From the human T2T-CHM13v2.0 reference genome, Homo sapiens: a stretch of DNA of 64,000 bases. The stretch lies in the NCBI RefSeq assembly GCF_009914755.1, contig NC_060927.1. One strand, written 5' to 3'. A program made the translations under genes and the position numbers. Positions within the stretch are counted from its first letter, which is position 1, and the number at the start of each line of letters is the position of its first letter. Positions 24,996 through 39,288 of this stretch are shown in pieces. The notes beneath the pieces were generated by a model. It saw only the letters and a program-made list of their open reading frames with translations. It was not told the origin of the DNA and ran no database searches.

Positions 24996-27155
24996 TAATC
25001 TTAGGGTGATTATACCTCACGGTTTGGTTTAGGCATGCTGCACACCTGGAAACTCCATCAGTTTATGAAGGGGAGGCCCAGCTGCCCATGTGATAAAAGG
25101 CTGATTATATCACTAGGTGGATTCACTATCATAATGAGGATTAAAAACAAAAAACGTCTTTGGTTGGAAGACCAAGTTAACATTAAATGAACTTCCCGAT
25201 ATGCATAAGGAATCTGAGCCAGAAAAGTGCCTTTGAGGGAGAGAGTTGCTTAGGTCATCCAATCTTGGAAAATGGTTTTTCCTCCATCCCACATCCTGAA
25301 ATAACCTGGGATGACTCATAAAGGAAGTCATGGAAATATAAGCTTGGAAATCAGTGCCTAACTAAATTTGTTAAGGAAAAGATGGAATGGTATCTGACAT
25401 GAGCACATTTTTTATCATATTTCCAAAATTTTGATTTTTAAACTGTGGTGATTGAAAATATATTATACTCATACGTGTGGCCTAAAACTATTTTAGAAGT
25501 ATGTGACTTTTTGGGAATGTTTGCTTGCAGCAGAATATACTATGTGCAAATTTCCAGTACATATCGAAACTTTGTATCCTAAAAATTTATTAGTTATTTA
25601 TACATATCTTTTAAAAATTATATGTTTATTAGGAGAGCAGTAAATTCTATCAATGAATTTTACAATTCAATATGTATATGTTAAAACATAATCCACTAAA
25701 GGAAAATACTCATTTACCACATCTTTCCACATGACGTGCTGATAATCTTCCACTAGAAACAACACAAAACAACAAGATGTGAAGAACCAAAAGAAGTCTT
25801 TAAATATATGTAGAAATCTCATGTTTTCCCTTGAAATAACATTTTCTACCTTCTAAACTTTATGTTGTAACTTATAGGAGTGAATACACATTGTTATGAA
25901 TCTTACAGCTATGTGTTTATTTGTCCTGGTATAATTGAATTAGATTCTGGAATTTTTTCTGCTAATGATGGCCTATAATAACCGAATGATTAAAAAAAAA
26001 GAGAAAAGAGGAAGAAATAGAAGTGAGTGCTGAAAGGACACAAGAAGGCAAAAGCATAAATCAGAAGCATAAATGTGAATAATATCAGATTAATATCAGG
26101 TTAATACTGATATTACATGGAGCAGATAACAATTCACTGGATATACATGTCAGCCAACAAGTAGCCCTGACATATCAGAGTTGCCTTGGAATTAAAACCA
26201 TATTATTGCAGCTGTATTAGATTCCCAAAAGATAAGCCCAGTGCTCTGAAACATTCATTGTGAAATATTCTAGATTCTAGACATTTTCAGTTAGTAGAAA
26301 ATCCTTGAATCATTGCTAATTTCCACTTTAAGTTTTCCCCTCTTCTATGTGATCAACAGTTTTAGTAGACTCTGTTTTCCATTCCAAGTGATAACATAGT
26401 CTGATACCTTTTCAAATACATGCCTTGATTAGTTGGTTAGAAATATTTACTATGTGGATAAATATATTAAAATATATGGATATGTTCTAATTATACAAGC
26501 TATTTTTCTATCTAATTGATATTAACAAGACAATACTTTTTAAAACTTGTGTAGTTTTCTACAAACATCTTCTTCTCTGAAATGTGAACACGGCAGCTTT
26601 TTTTTCTAAAACCAATTTAGAATTATTCTTTGGACTGTCAACTGTTCAGAGACAATTTTGTTAATTTTAGACTGCACACTAAATATGCAGCATATTTGTG
26701 GCTAGAAATACAAAATGTAGTTAACTTTATTTCTTATAATGATTATCTTCATTGCTTTTCAAACTTTACATCATATAATCAATTTTCAAAACAGTTTGAT
26801 TTGTTGGTAGTAATTTGCATTTTGTTTTTCTATTTGTTATTTCACAGAGTTAAGAATGTATTGTGATGATAGTATGCCTTAAAACATCAACATATCCTGA
26901 TTTTAATAAATACTATGAGGTCTGCCATTTGAGGAGTTTGATTTGTAATTAAGTGTAGTAGCTATTTCTGTTTGCACAAAGCATAAAACGTTACAACATG
27001 TTCAAGTTTAAGTCCTTTGTTGCATCCTAAATGATTCACTCATTTTCCACAGAAAAGCCTCAATTACAAAGAACTAAAAAAATTAAATTAATAATCAGTG
27101 GAAGAGAAGTAGGTTTAAAAAGGATGCTCAAACTATATTGAAAAAAAGGATATGA

Positions 27156-27446
27156 GGCTGGGCGGGGTGGCTCACGCCTGTAATCTGAGCACTTTGGGAG
27201 GCTGAGGCAGGCAGACTGTTTGAGGCCAGGAGTTGAAGACCAGCCTGGCCAACGTAGTGAAATCTGGTCTCTACGAAAATTACAAAAACTAGCCAGGAGT
27301 GATGGCGTGGCCTGTAATCCTAGCTACGTTGGGAGGCTGAGGCAAGAGAATTGCTTGAACTTGAGAGTTGGAGGCTGCAATGAGCCAAGATCACGCCACT
27401 GCACTCTAGCCTAGGCAACAGAGCGAGACTCCATCTCAAAAAAAAA
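27156..27446 (+). mobile_element. AluS, full length
   Basis: Alu dimer with degenerate TSD gaaaaaaaggatatga / gaaaaaatgtatatga. Confidence 0.93.
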
Positions 27447-28029
27447 GAGAAAAAATGTATATGAAAAACATGTTGGGAATTCTCCACCGGAGAGAACACA
27501 AACCTACAAATACGTGAAGAATGACCAAAATGGTCTTTTGGAAAATGTTGATAAGGGTTGATGGAAGATCAATGTAGTATATTTGGAACATTCTGGACTA
27601 TACAACACTAAATGGCCCTTCACTGTAGGACTACTCAGAGCCTGTGATATGTACATTGTTCATTACTGAGAAGCTACATATAAGAGCAAGCAGGGCTTCT
27701 GAAATAGTTTTGATGGTGGAAAATTGTTTGTTTCTTGGTAGTGCACCTCATAGAAGATCTGTGACAAATGCTTTGGGACATGGTGTGGTACCTATTTATG
27801 TCACCAACTTTATTATAGAATACATTTATTGAGGGCTCATTTAAATCTCAGGTCAAGTGATATTACATAAATTTCAACTCTCTATTAATATAGTCATTTA
27901 TCTTTGCAGGTTAGCTTGGAACAAAATAAATTTCAACTGTTTTTGTAAAATATAAATTCTGAGTTAATAAACAAAAGATTTTAATTTTAACTTTTAAAGT
28001 CTAATTAAAATTTCCAACAGCATAAATTA

Positions 28030-29050
28030 ATGCTGCAGAATAGAGAGTTCAGAAATAGACCTATGCAGATATGCTCAATTACTTTTTGATAAAATTACAA
28101 AGGCATTTCAGTGGATTTCACCAAAATAAAAATTTCTGCTCTGGGAAAGACACTGTTAAGAGATTGTAAAGCAAGCCACAGATTGAGACAAAGGTTTGCA
28201 AGTCATGTGTCTAATAAAGGACTTGTATCCAGAATATATAAAGAACTTTCAAAACTCAGTAATCAGAAAATAACCCAACTTAAACAATGAATGAAAGATT
28301 TGAACAAACAATTCACCATTGAAGATATGGCAAATAAGCACATGAAATGGTGTTTAATATTGTTAGTCACTGGGGAAATGCAAATTAAAACCACAATGAA
28401 ATGCCACTACATATCTATTAGAATAGCTAACATAACCAACGAAGAAACAGTACCGAAAACAACAATGACAAAACTGACACCACCAAGTACTGACCAGGAT
28501 GCAGGGAAACTAAAACTCTCGTACATTGTGGGGAGTTTAAAATAATAAAGCCACTTTGAAAAATAGGTTGAGAGTTTCTTATAAAGTTACATGTTCACTT
28601 ATGCCATAGAACCAGTAATTCTACTTCTAGCTATTTACCGAGGAGAAATGAAAACATGGTCACACAAGAACCTTTTCATAAAGGCTTATAGCAGCTCTAT
28701 TCATAATCATAAAAAATTGGAAGGAACCCTTCAGTGAGCCAATAGATAATCTGAGATGCATTCATATGGTGGAATACTACTCAGTGATAAAAAGCAAAAA
28801 TATTGACACATAAACAATTTGAACGCATCTCAGATGCAAAAGAAACTATACTCAAAGGCTACAAGATTTCATTTACATTGCATCCTGAAAAACGCAAAAC
28901 TATAGGGGATAGAATGGTTGCCAGGGGTTAAGGATCAGGAATCTTGATTGTGGCGGTGGTTATAGGAATTGATGCATTTTCCAAAATTCATAAAGCTGTA
29001 CTTTAAAAAGAGTAAATTTTAATGTATGTAAATCAATAATAAGTTTTAAA
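28030..29050 (+). mobile_element. L1M (MB/MC-type) ORF2 3' end and 3' UTR
   Basis: Peptide MANKHMKWC...GEMQIKTTM. Confidence 0.8.
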
Positions 29051-29153
29051 AACCCACCGAAAGATGGAGAGGAAGGAGGTAATTTAAATTCCTGTACAGA
29101 AGGTTATTTGGCACAAAGGACAAATATAAAATCTTAGCCCTTTACATCATAAG

Positions 29154-29277
29154 TATGGTAACCATATAATGTATCACCTGAACTGGGCACTTGATGATGA
29201 AAGAGGGGTCTATGTTATTTAGAATGAGACAACAACCTAGGACTCTCCCAGGCACACTGAGCTGTACAGTCACCTTA
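29154..29277 (+). mobile_element. hAT-Blackjack MITE (MER94-like)
   Basis: Degenerate terminal inverted repeats atggtaaccatataatgtatc ... cagtcacctt. Confidence 0.6.
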
Positions 29278-29585
29278 ATCTTAAGGGAAATTACAAAAAC
29301 ACACCAAAGAAGCTACTCACATCAATATAAATAAGTGTTACTTACTTGGCCACATATTAACATGTGGCAGCTCCCCTGGAGATTGAACTGTAAGAGTCAT
29401 CAGATTATAATTTGGCCACTCTTGAACCACAAGGTTATCACATGTTGTGATGTACACAGGATTTGTAAAATCATATGTAGGAACAATTTTGTAGTCCAAA
29501 GTGATACAAAAATATCTGAATTATGGAAACTTCTCCAATGTTTTATTGTAACAAACATGCTAAAACTGTATCACCTATGCCCACT

Positions 29586-30162
<577 letters not shown>

Positions 30163-30170
<8 letters not shown>

Positions 30171-30375
30171 TCTGCCATTTGCAGATTAAATTTGAGTGAA
30201 TGGGTTTTGCCTTAGCATACTCCTTCCTTCTCTTTCATTTATTTATGCTTTCAGCAACCCTAAGTGTCATTTACCCAGCAATGCTTTGTGTCATTTGACT
30301 GTCAACTCTATGCATCATTCTTACAGAAATATTTACTCTGTGTCATGCCCTGTACTAAATATGGAGGATTCATTG
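30163..30375 (+). repeat. Left arm of ~213-bp inverted duplication (partner 32439-32657)
   Basis: Manual alignment gives ~12 substitutions and one 6-bp indel. Confidence 0.95.
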
Positions 30376-30672
30376 GAGTATGATCCTGCCTTCATAGGGA
30401 TTTACAGTATTTTAGAGGGCATGTAGGGGAAGAGAAGGGGCCCGGGCTTGTAAACAGTATTCATCCATCTCTCAATGTGCTATTTTATTAAAAATACAGA
30501 CAGAGCACATGGAAGAGGGGCCTAATATAGCTTAGGTCAGGAAAAGGTTAAAGAAGTGACTTCCAAACAGCTTTACCCTGAGGGTAGCAGGGAGTAATTG
30601 AAATGTTTCAAGCAGTGTAGGTGATGTGATATGATTTGCATTTTAGAAAGATAATTCTGGCTGCTTTGTGGT

Positions 30673-30703
<31 letters not shown>

Positions 30704-30719
30704 AGGGAGGGAGGGAGAG

Positions 30720-30791
<72 letters not shown>

Positions 30792-30960
30792 AGGAGAAAA
30801 GAAATCCAGTGAAGAGACAAGAGACTCTGGTGGTGTGAGGATAGAAAGGGAGAGACACATTCAAGCCAGTCAGAAGGTTGAATCAATTGAATGGGTTGTG
30901 GTGGTGAGGAGGAGAAACTATAGGATAACACTAAGGAATAATAAGAGATTCCATCTGTTA
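30310..30960 (-). mobile_element. L2 3' fragment containing a (GA)n expansion
   Basis: atatgatttgcattttagaaagataattctggctgctttgtgg is a typical L2 motif. Confidence 0.7.
30673..30789. repeat. (GA)n/(GGGA)n polypurine microsatellite, ~115 bp
   Basis: Directly visible. Confidence 0.97.
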
Positions 30961-31329
30961 GATGCTCCATATCCATGCAGGAAAAGCTGATATACTTTAC
31001 AGATGAAGAGATTAAAATTCCAAGAGGTTAGTAATATTCACAAGTCCAAAGAATTAATGAGTAAATGATAGAATCTAAGCAAGTTATTTAGTCCCTTCAA
31101 TCTATACATTTTTCATGTATATAATGACAATAAAAGTGGCTCTAACTTTCTGTATTTGCTCAGAACAATTCCTGGCACATGTAAGCACCCAGTAAAGATG
31201 AGCTGGTCTTCCAGAGTGGGGATGTTTTTTTGCAGGTGTGAGGCTATACAGACCCAGATCCTTAAGAGTGCACAGAGGCATGAACAATGTATGGCAAACA
31301 TCCTTGGCTCTCAATCGTTTGCCTGTTTT

Positions 31330-32443
31330 TGAGGGCTCACTGGTTCTTTCTCATGTCCCAGATCTCTAAAGGGGAAATCCTCCAGGACCCAAACCTTGGA
31401 TCTCTTCTCTTCCATCTACATCCTCTTTCTATGTGATTGCACCCATTTTCATGACTTTAAATGTCACGTATATTCTAATGACTCTCACATTTCAATCTCC
31501 AGTTCTCTGCCTCAGGGCCCTGTATATGCTGCCTCTTGACAATTCCACATGGATGTCTGCAGTCCAAAACCAAGCTTCTGACTTTCTTTCCAAAGCTCAC
31601 TCCTGTAGCCTGCCTCAGTCAGGTTAATGGGAAATTTTAAGTTCAATTTGCTTAGACCCAAAACAATGGTGTTATACTTCTTTTTATTGCATCCCACATC
31701 AGATTCATAGAAAAACCTGTTAGCTATGCCTTCAAAATATACCCAGAGTCAGACTACTTCTCATCATCTCTACTGCTACCTTCCTCGTCTGAGCCACCTT
31801 CTTGCTTACCTGGATTGGTGCAATCACCTGCTAATTCATCTTACTGCTTCTCCACTATCCAGCTGTAAAATATGTCCAACAAGGTAGACATAGTGGTCCT
31901 TTAAAACATAAATCAGGTCACGTCACTCCTCTGTTCTGACTCTTCCAAAGATGTCCCATGATCTAAGCACCCTACGTGACCTGTACCCCTGTTATCTTCT
32001 TGACAAAATTGCTTACAGAACTCCCTTTCACTAACTGCTGCAGCCATGTGGGCTCCATTGCTGGTCATGGAACTTGTCAGCTGTGCTCTTGTTTCAGGAC
32101 CTTTGCACTTGTGGTGACCTCTGCCTGGAAAGCCCTTCCTCCAGACAGTGAGGGCTAGCTCCCACACTTCCTGCAATCTTTACCCCACTCATCTCCTGAG
32201 AGAAGCATTTCCCGGTCTAAAATGTCTACATACCTAAAATGTGAGCTACATCTAATGTTTCTTGTTCCACTTTCTTGCTTCATTTTTAGCTTTTATCACA
32301 ATCTGAACACACACACACACACACACATACACACACTCTCACACCTTGCTTATTGTTTCTTTTTCCTAGTAGAAGTAAGCTGCATGGGGCACCGACTTTT
32401 ATCTGTTTTATTCCCTGCTGTGTCCTCAGTGCCTAGAACAGTG
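31330..32443 (+). mobile_element. L2 (L2a-like) 3' portion, with (CA)n at 32307-32343
   Basis: ccttcaaaatatacccagagtcagactacttctc, ctttgcacttgtggtgacctctgcctggaaagccctt, cctcagtgcctagaacagtg. Confidence 0.85.
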
Positions 32444-32657
32444 AATCCTCAGTGTTTAGTACAGGGCATGACACAGAGTAAGAGTAAATATTTCTCTAAG
32501 AATGATGCGTAGAGTTGACAGTCAAATGACACAAAGCATTGCTGGGTGAAAGACACTTAGGGTTGCTGAAAACATAAATAAATGAATGAGAAGGGAGGAG
32601 TATGCTAAGGCAAAACCCATTCACTCAAATTTAACCTGCAAATGGCAGAGTTCTCAG
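32439..32657 (-). repeat. Right arm of the inverted duplication (partner 30163-30375)
   Basis: Reverse complement of the left arm; carries an extra agagta copy. Confidence 0.95.
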
Positions 32658-33454
32658 CATTTTAGGATGAAAAACTGGGGATGTTTCTAAACCAACGTCA
32701 AAGTTGCAATTGGTGAAGGTTAAGAGAGAGGAAAGGTGGAAGGATCTGCCCTATTGAATTGCAGAGTAAATATTACATGAAGCACTTTTGATTCTAAGGC
32801 TGGTTCAGAAAGTGGAGGTATGTAGGCCCCATACACCTGGTTTGCTTGCTTGTTTTGTTATCGATTGCTGAACTTAAAGGGTAATATAACGAGGCAGGTC
32901 TGATCCTTGTTCACAAGACACGCAGTTTAGTACCAGGTCAAGATACAAACAACATCTTCTACACACTCTCCTTTCACACTGCATTTGGGCTACATGCCCC
33001 TAGGAAACATCTAAAATTGCTACTGTACTCCAAGGAAAGGTAAAAGAGTAAGACGGACATCAAATCAGGAGCCTTAGGGACTCTTTGGAAGTGGGGATTG
33101 TGATGACACAGAATAACTGGAAATAAATGACATTCCCTGCTTCCTAAAATTGATGGGGTTTGCTTCATGTGTATATCCAAGCACATCCCCTTGGAAGTAA
33201 TGCTATATTTGAAGAATTTTAGAATTTTCTGGCCCGATCTGCATGTTTCTTTTCTTCCTTGGGTTTACTTGATGGCTGAGTATGTTTTGGAGTTTTCCTC
33301 AAAGTCTGTTCCAACGAACAGACTTATCTGTTGGCATTATCTAGGAATTCATCACAGCGGCAGAATCTGCATTTTAACATAATCCTGAAGTGATTTGTAT
33401 GTATGTAAAAATTTGAGAAGCTTTATTTCAGAGGACTATCAGGGAAGAGCAAAA

Positions 33455-34325
33455 CCTCGGTGCTTCTCAAACTACAGTCCCTGGACCAAAACCATCAGGA
33501 TCACTTGGGAATTTGTTAGAAATGCTGATTTTTAAAACTTTATTTTTAGATTCGGAGGTACATGTGAAGATTTGTTAAACAGGTAAACATGAATCACAGG
33601 GGTTTGGTGTACAGACTATTTCATCACCCAGGTATTAAGCCCAGTACCTGAGTTACCTTTTCTGCTCCTCTCCCTCCTCCCACCCTCCACCATCAAGCAG
33701 ACGCCAGTGTCTGTTGTTTCCTTCTTTGTGTTCATAAGTTCATATCATATAAGTGAGAACATGTGGTATTTGGTTTTCTGTTTCTGCATTAATTTGCTGA
33801 GGATAACAGCCTCCAGCTCCATCCGTGTTCCTACAAAAGACATGATCTTGTTCCTTTTCATGGCTGCATAGTATTCCATGGTGTATATGTGCCACATTTT
33901 CTTTATCCCATTTGTCATTGATGGGCATTTAGGTTGATTCCATGTCTTTGCTATTGTGGATACTGCTGCAATGAACATTTGTGTGCATGTGTCTTTAAGG
34001 TAGAATGATTTATATTCCTCTGGGTATATGCCCAGTAATGGGATTGCTGAGTCGAATGGTTATTTTGCTTTTAGCTCTTTGAGGAATCACCATACTGCTT
34101 TCCACAATGATTGAACTAATTTACACTCCCACCGACAATGTATAAGTGTTCCCGTTTCTCCACACCTTGCCAGCATCTGTTATTTCTTGATGTTTTAATA
34201 ATAGCTAGAAATGCAGATTTTTAGCTCTATCTACTAAATCAGAAACTCAGGTGGAATCTACTACTCTATATTGTAACAAGACTTCTAGGTGATGCTGGTG
34301 CTCACTAATGTTTGAAAACCACTGA
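33455..34325. mobile_element. MER5A hAT MITE split by an L1 insertion; a further MER5-like fragment at ~33330-33425
   Basis: gtgcttctcaaact...ttgttagaaatgc on the left of the L1; aaatcagaaactc...tttgaaaaccactg on the right. Confidence 0.75.
33534..34205 (-). mobile_element. 5'-truncated L1PA (old, L1PA15/16-like)
   Basis: Peptide MFIAAVSTIAKTWNQPKCPS...MWHIYTMEYYAA; TSD tagaaatgc(t/a)gattttt at 33517-33533 and 34206-34222. Confidence 0.92.
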
Positions 34326-34354
34326 TTTGGGTGGACTGCAAGATTCAATCAAGG

Positions 34355-34480
34355 TGTGGCGTAATGGCAGTCAGGAGATGAGGATGCTGGATGTATTGTC
34401 AGCTGCAATTAATTAGCTGTGTGACCTTGGGGAAGTAGCTTGACTAATTAACTGGATCTAGTCTCCTTAGTTGCAAAGAG
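34355..34480 (+). mobile_element. MIR fragment
   Basis: ttagctgtgtgaccttggggaagt core. Confidence 0.6.
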
Positions 34481-35509
34481 AAAAAGATATCAATTCCTTG
34501 GAGTGAGAGTTCTGCAAGTGGGATTTATGGGGGCCCAGGTGGTTTATTGAGGGCCTTATCAGAAATTTAGTTATCTCAGAAATAAAAATAATACCACAAA
34601 TAATAAAAATAATAAGCAAAAGTGTTTTGTGCTTAAACATATTCAGTGATTTTGAAATATAGGATATGAATGTTATAGAAATATTATAAAATCCTCCTTC
34701 CCATATGTTCTGAGGTCTGGGCTACAGAAGCCTGATTAGTTCTCAGTAACTTTTAGTTAACAGGGTGCAGATCATTTCACTAATGTGTTTTCACATCATT
34801 TTCTTATTGCCATTTTCATTAGTTAATTTCCCACTTTTATTTGCTACAGTTATACTATGTTATAATTGCAATTTTTAATAATGGTTCTACGGCTCATGAG
34901 TGGCTCATTGATACTTTGGTTTTTTTTTTTTTTTTTTTTTGGCATGGCATCTCTTTCTAGATTGCTACTTTAAAGTGCCAATACAATAACTACATAAGTG
35001 TGATTTCAGAATTACACTGATGATGCAATAAATAGCACTTTGAGGTGAATGTAAGATTTGAATCTGTTTAGGTAGAGACAAGTGAATCTTCAACATGAAG
35101 ATTTTACATGGCAGTTGAAAGAGTGTCATGTGAAATAAAAAAAAGATCATCTAAATATTTTCTTAGTTTTCACCATGCTGTCTGTTATGAAACTTTGAGA
35201 ATATGCCATTATATTTGTAGCTTTTCTCATTGACAAAAAGACAAATATCATATTCTATCCAGAAGCTTATTAATAAAACATTAATGACATATAACATCTC
35301 AGTAGAAATGAGATAAAAACTCTTGCTGGATTCCTTTGTGACAGCATTGGGTGATAGTATAATCCCAGTAATTTGTAACATGGAAGGGCACCTGCTCATA
35401 TTCTCATGCATATGCTAAGATGGATGAATGCGGTAAGATGCAAGCCATGAATCTACTTTGTGCACACACACCTAGCACACAGATGATGGAATAATGCTCA
35501 ATGGCTTTA

Positions 35510-35650
35510 TTTTTATTTAAAATTTTATTTGTATACAGTTATGGGTTACAAGGATAATTTTGTTACATGGATATATTGCATAGTGGTGAAGTCAGGGCTT
35601 TTAGTGTATCCATCAACAGAATAACACACATCGTATCCATTAAGTAACTT
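35510..35650 (-). mobile_element. L1MA-type 3' end fragment
   Basis: ttttgttacatggatatattgcatagtggtgaagtcagggcttttagtgtatccatca. Confidence 0.75.
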
Positions 35651-35899
35651 CTCCTCTGTTTCTGCTTGGGCAGTAGAGTTTTATTTTTTTTTTATTTCAT
35701 GTGATATCCCCAAGACCAGATTCTCCACAACACATTATTATCTCCAGTATCAAAATGTATCACTGCACAGCCAAATCACTAAGATTTTTCAAGATCAAAC
35801 TGTGGAGTAGATGGCTTGATAGACAAGAGTCTGACTTGTTTCCCCAAATAAGTTGACTTTTTCACCTTTCTAAGAGAAAAATCAATAATCTCATTGGCC

Positions 35900-35902
<3 letters not shown>

Positions 35903-35941
<39 letters not shown>
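35903..35941. repeat. (CA)~19 microsatellite
   Basis: Perfect dinucleotide run. Confidence 0.97.
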
Positions 35942-35944
<3 letters not shown>

Positions 35945-38149
35945 TGTAACCGAATAAGAAGAATGCTTTCCAGAGCCCAAAACAACCAGAGTGATTAAGA
36001 ATCCATTAGCTGCCATCTTTCAAATTACTTATTCAATCTTACAGCTTTTGAATGGATATGATCATCTGATGGTGCACTGTAGTCTTCAGCGAAATCCTAT
36101 ACACAATTTCTTGGTCCATCCATGTTCAGTGAGACTATGTAAAACTGTTGGAGCCAAGAATCTCATGCCACCACTTTTACCTCTAGTTTCATGTTCATAT
36201 TTTATCCACAGTTTACATAAGTCCTCTGTTTAGTTTTCCTGAATTTATATTCATGGAATCAATGTTTTGCAGCACACACATTTTTAAGGAATTAAGGCCT
36301 ATGGAGTCTTTCAAGGAAACCAAGGATTGCTTTCCAGTTTGAAGCTGCTTTCCTCTTTTTGTGTTTTCTATGGACCTAAAGAAATGAAAACTCTCAGTTG
36401 AGATTTTCAGGAAAGTACCTGACTACTGGCTGACTCAATAAGTTGCTATGAGAAATTAAATATGCAAATCATTTTTACATGCACATTTATATAGGGAAAA
36501 CACCTGCACACCTGGATCCCCAGCAGTCTCTGCTGATTAATATGCATGTAACCCCGAACTGCCCGTTGCTGGGTAATAAGAGTTTTAAATGTACTTGGCT
36601 TATTTTCAAGTAAATCTCTGGGTCTTCAGTACTGCAATTAAATGTGCCAGGTTAGATGCTCATTTCATGTCAAATCCACTTCCTACCCTATGAAAGAAGT
36701 TCTATTTTTGCATTTAATAGGTATTTTGTCTTTACTTTGGAAGAAAAAAAAAGACTCCTGTTAACAGCAAACAATGAGATTTACAATGTAAAGAAAACCA
36801 CCCGGTAAACTAGAATGTTTTACAGAGTGATTTAAAAAAATAAAAAGGTTGGGGAAGATGGTTCTGCCATGAAACAGCTGAAAGATCAAATGTAACTGAA
36901 AAACACTGGGGCCAGGTTGCCTCTGATGAATGATATCTCCTTTTTGATAGTGTACTTGTAAAATTCAGGTTATACATGCACCATTTTATTTGGGAATCTA
37001 CAAAGCTTTGGAGATAGGTAGCAACAAGTTGGTTATTTTTTTAAGGTGGAGAAATTGAAGCTTGGCATCCCAGTGTCCCATTCAAGACGTTCCAAGCAGT
37101 AGATGGAAATGCAGGTGAGCAGTAGAGTTCATTCGAATTCACTTCCCTTGTTCAGGCCCCTCCCGCCGTGCCATTGCTATTCTTTCTGCGTGGGTATTGC
37201 TCATTCTTCGCCTGAGAGTATTTATTCTATCTTCACTAGAAATGAAAGCTTTAACCTATGGGCTTTTCATTTAAATAACATCATTTACATTTTATTTTAT
37301 TTTTCAAACAGGTCTCCAGGGACAGAATCTCTGGGAATTAATTATGTACCACACAAGACTCTAAAAAATATGAGGTTCAAACTGGCTGATGTTACTTATG
37401 GAAATGGGCTGCCAAATAAAACAATCTAAGAAATATTTAACAGTGACATCTGACACATCTTATTCCAAATTAGGTATCACATATCTTATGACAGTCCAAC
37501 AGAAAGCAGAGTTTTATTGTGCATGTTTTGCTTTAAAAGATTATTCCTTTTGCACCTCAGTAATACAAATAACAGTTTATAAGCATTTATACTCTATCAT
37601 TAAAAACTCACATTAATATAAGACTATACTAATAGAACCTAGTTTAAACACATGTGTATTTGTAGGTTTATATAAGTTCATATGTCAAGCATTAGATAAT
37701 TTTAATTGCTCAACGTAATCTTTAAAACAACTTAATGAGATAAGTAGTAGTATTTTTATTTTATACATACAAGGAAAGTGAAACCTTTAAAAAGTGAGGC
37801 AAGGTGAGTGACTCATTCAACTTTACTGGGCTTTTGCCTGTCCCTTTTGACCCTGCCAACGGAAGTATTTCTTCCTCTGTCCTTTTTTCCACACATTTCA
37901 CCTTCTATTTACTTAAATATACTTTTGTTCTTCTGAACTCAAGCTAGTATTTTTGATATGGGGAAGGCAAATTAGTAAAGAAAGGCAGTTGATATTTAGT
38001 CCAAAAATAAGCAACCTAGTTAAAGAACATAAAAGAGATAAAATATTCTAGAGTTGGCTCTAATTTTCTGTTTTTTGCTTTACAAACCAGTTTTATTTTA
38101 CATTGCCAATGACTTTTGGAGTCACTCTCTTCACACCACTTTAGCCACC

Positions 38150-38780
38150 CATTGATAATCACATTTTTACATCTGTCAGTGAAATTTACTCAGTCCTGAT
38201 ATTGTCAATTTAGACACTGCGTTCCCAGATCACAACCTTCTTTTCTTTCAATTCTCTCTATTCTTTCCAAGAAATCAGCCTTTGCCTACACTCAGGACTA
38301 CAGTCCTTTCTGGTTTCCCTCCCAGGCTCCTCTGTCTTAATTTATTTCACTTTTCACTGCTCAGCTTAGAATTTGCTTCTCTTCAATCACTGTCTTACAA
38401 ATATTCTGAACTCCCTTGACCTCTTAACCTTTTCTTGCACTTGACTGACCAAATTCCATCTATATTTGGACAAATCCCAGAATCTACCTTTTTCATATGC
38501 AGACTTCTGGGAAGTGCTGAATACAACTGTGCAAACTAAGGCTAATATATGATTGTGGTCACTGACCTCAAATGGCTTGTTCTTTTTCTCTAATAATACT
38601 ATTTTCAGTTTTATATAGTCTCTTTTGCTTATTTTTTACAGCACTTAAGTAAAATATTCTCCACTCTTGTCAAGGCTTCATTTCCTTATCTCATCATCAT
38701 CTTCAGAGAAAAAAAACTAGAAGTAATCAGAGGAAAATTACCTCAACCTTCTTCCATCAAGTCCAAGTATTTTTCTTTCC
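38150..38780 (+). mobile_element. Degraded L2 ORF2 fragment
   Basis: Pyrimidine-rich L2-like motifs (gatcacaaccttcttttctttcaattc; cttcagagaaaaaaaactagaagtaatcagagg). Confidence 0.5.
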
Positions 38781-38892
38781 TGCACTGTACTGTTTTAGTT
38801 GGGGTTTTGCTAAAACCAAAGGTGAGGTAACATAGAAATGCTAATGCTTTATAGGAAAGTGTAATCCCAAGATGGTGTGAGTCAGAGGATGG

Positions 38893-39288
38893 TGCAATGG
38901 TTTGAATGTTTGTGTCCCTTCCAAAATTCATATTGAAACTTAATCACCAATGCAATAGTTTTAAGAGATATGAACTTTGGAAGTCATGAGGACTCTGCCC
39001 TAGTGACTGGAATTAGCATCCTTATAAAAGGACTCAATGTTGAAGGGAGCTCTCTTTTGCCCTCCCATCCCTTCCAGCACGTGAGGACATAGTGTTCCTT
39101 TTCTCTGAAGGATGCAGCAAGAAAGCGCCATCTTGGAAAGGGAGACGAAGCTCTTACCAGACACCAAACCTGCTGGCACCGTGATCTTGGACCTCCCAGC
39201 CTCCAGAACCATGAGAAATAAATTTATGTTGTATGTAAATTATCCAGTCTGTGGTATTTTGTGACAGCAGCACAAATAAACTAAGACA
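38893..39288 (+). mobile_element. MaLR solo LTR (MSTD-like), nested in an older ERVL-type LTR (~38791-39520)
   Basis: TG...CA termini (tgcaatggtttgaatg...actaagaca) with 5-bp TSD gatgg at 38888-38892 and 39289-39293. Confidence 0.9.

Noticed and set aside
27530-27830. Possible CR1/L3 reverse transcriptase remnant (NVDKG*WKINVVYL)
   Set aside because: Similarity is too weak to call by eye; it needs an HMM search.
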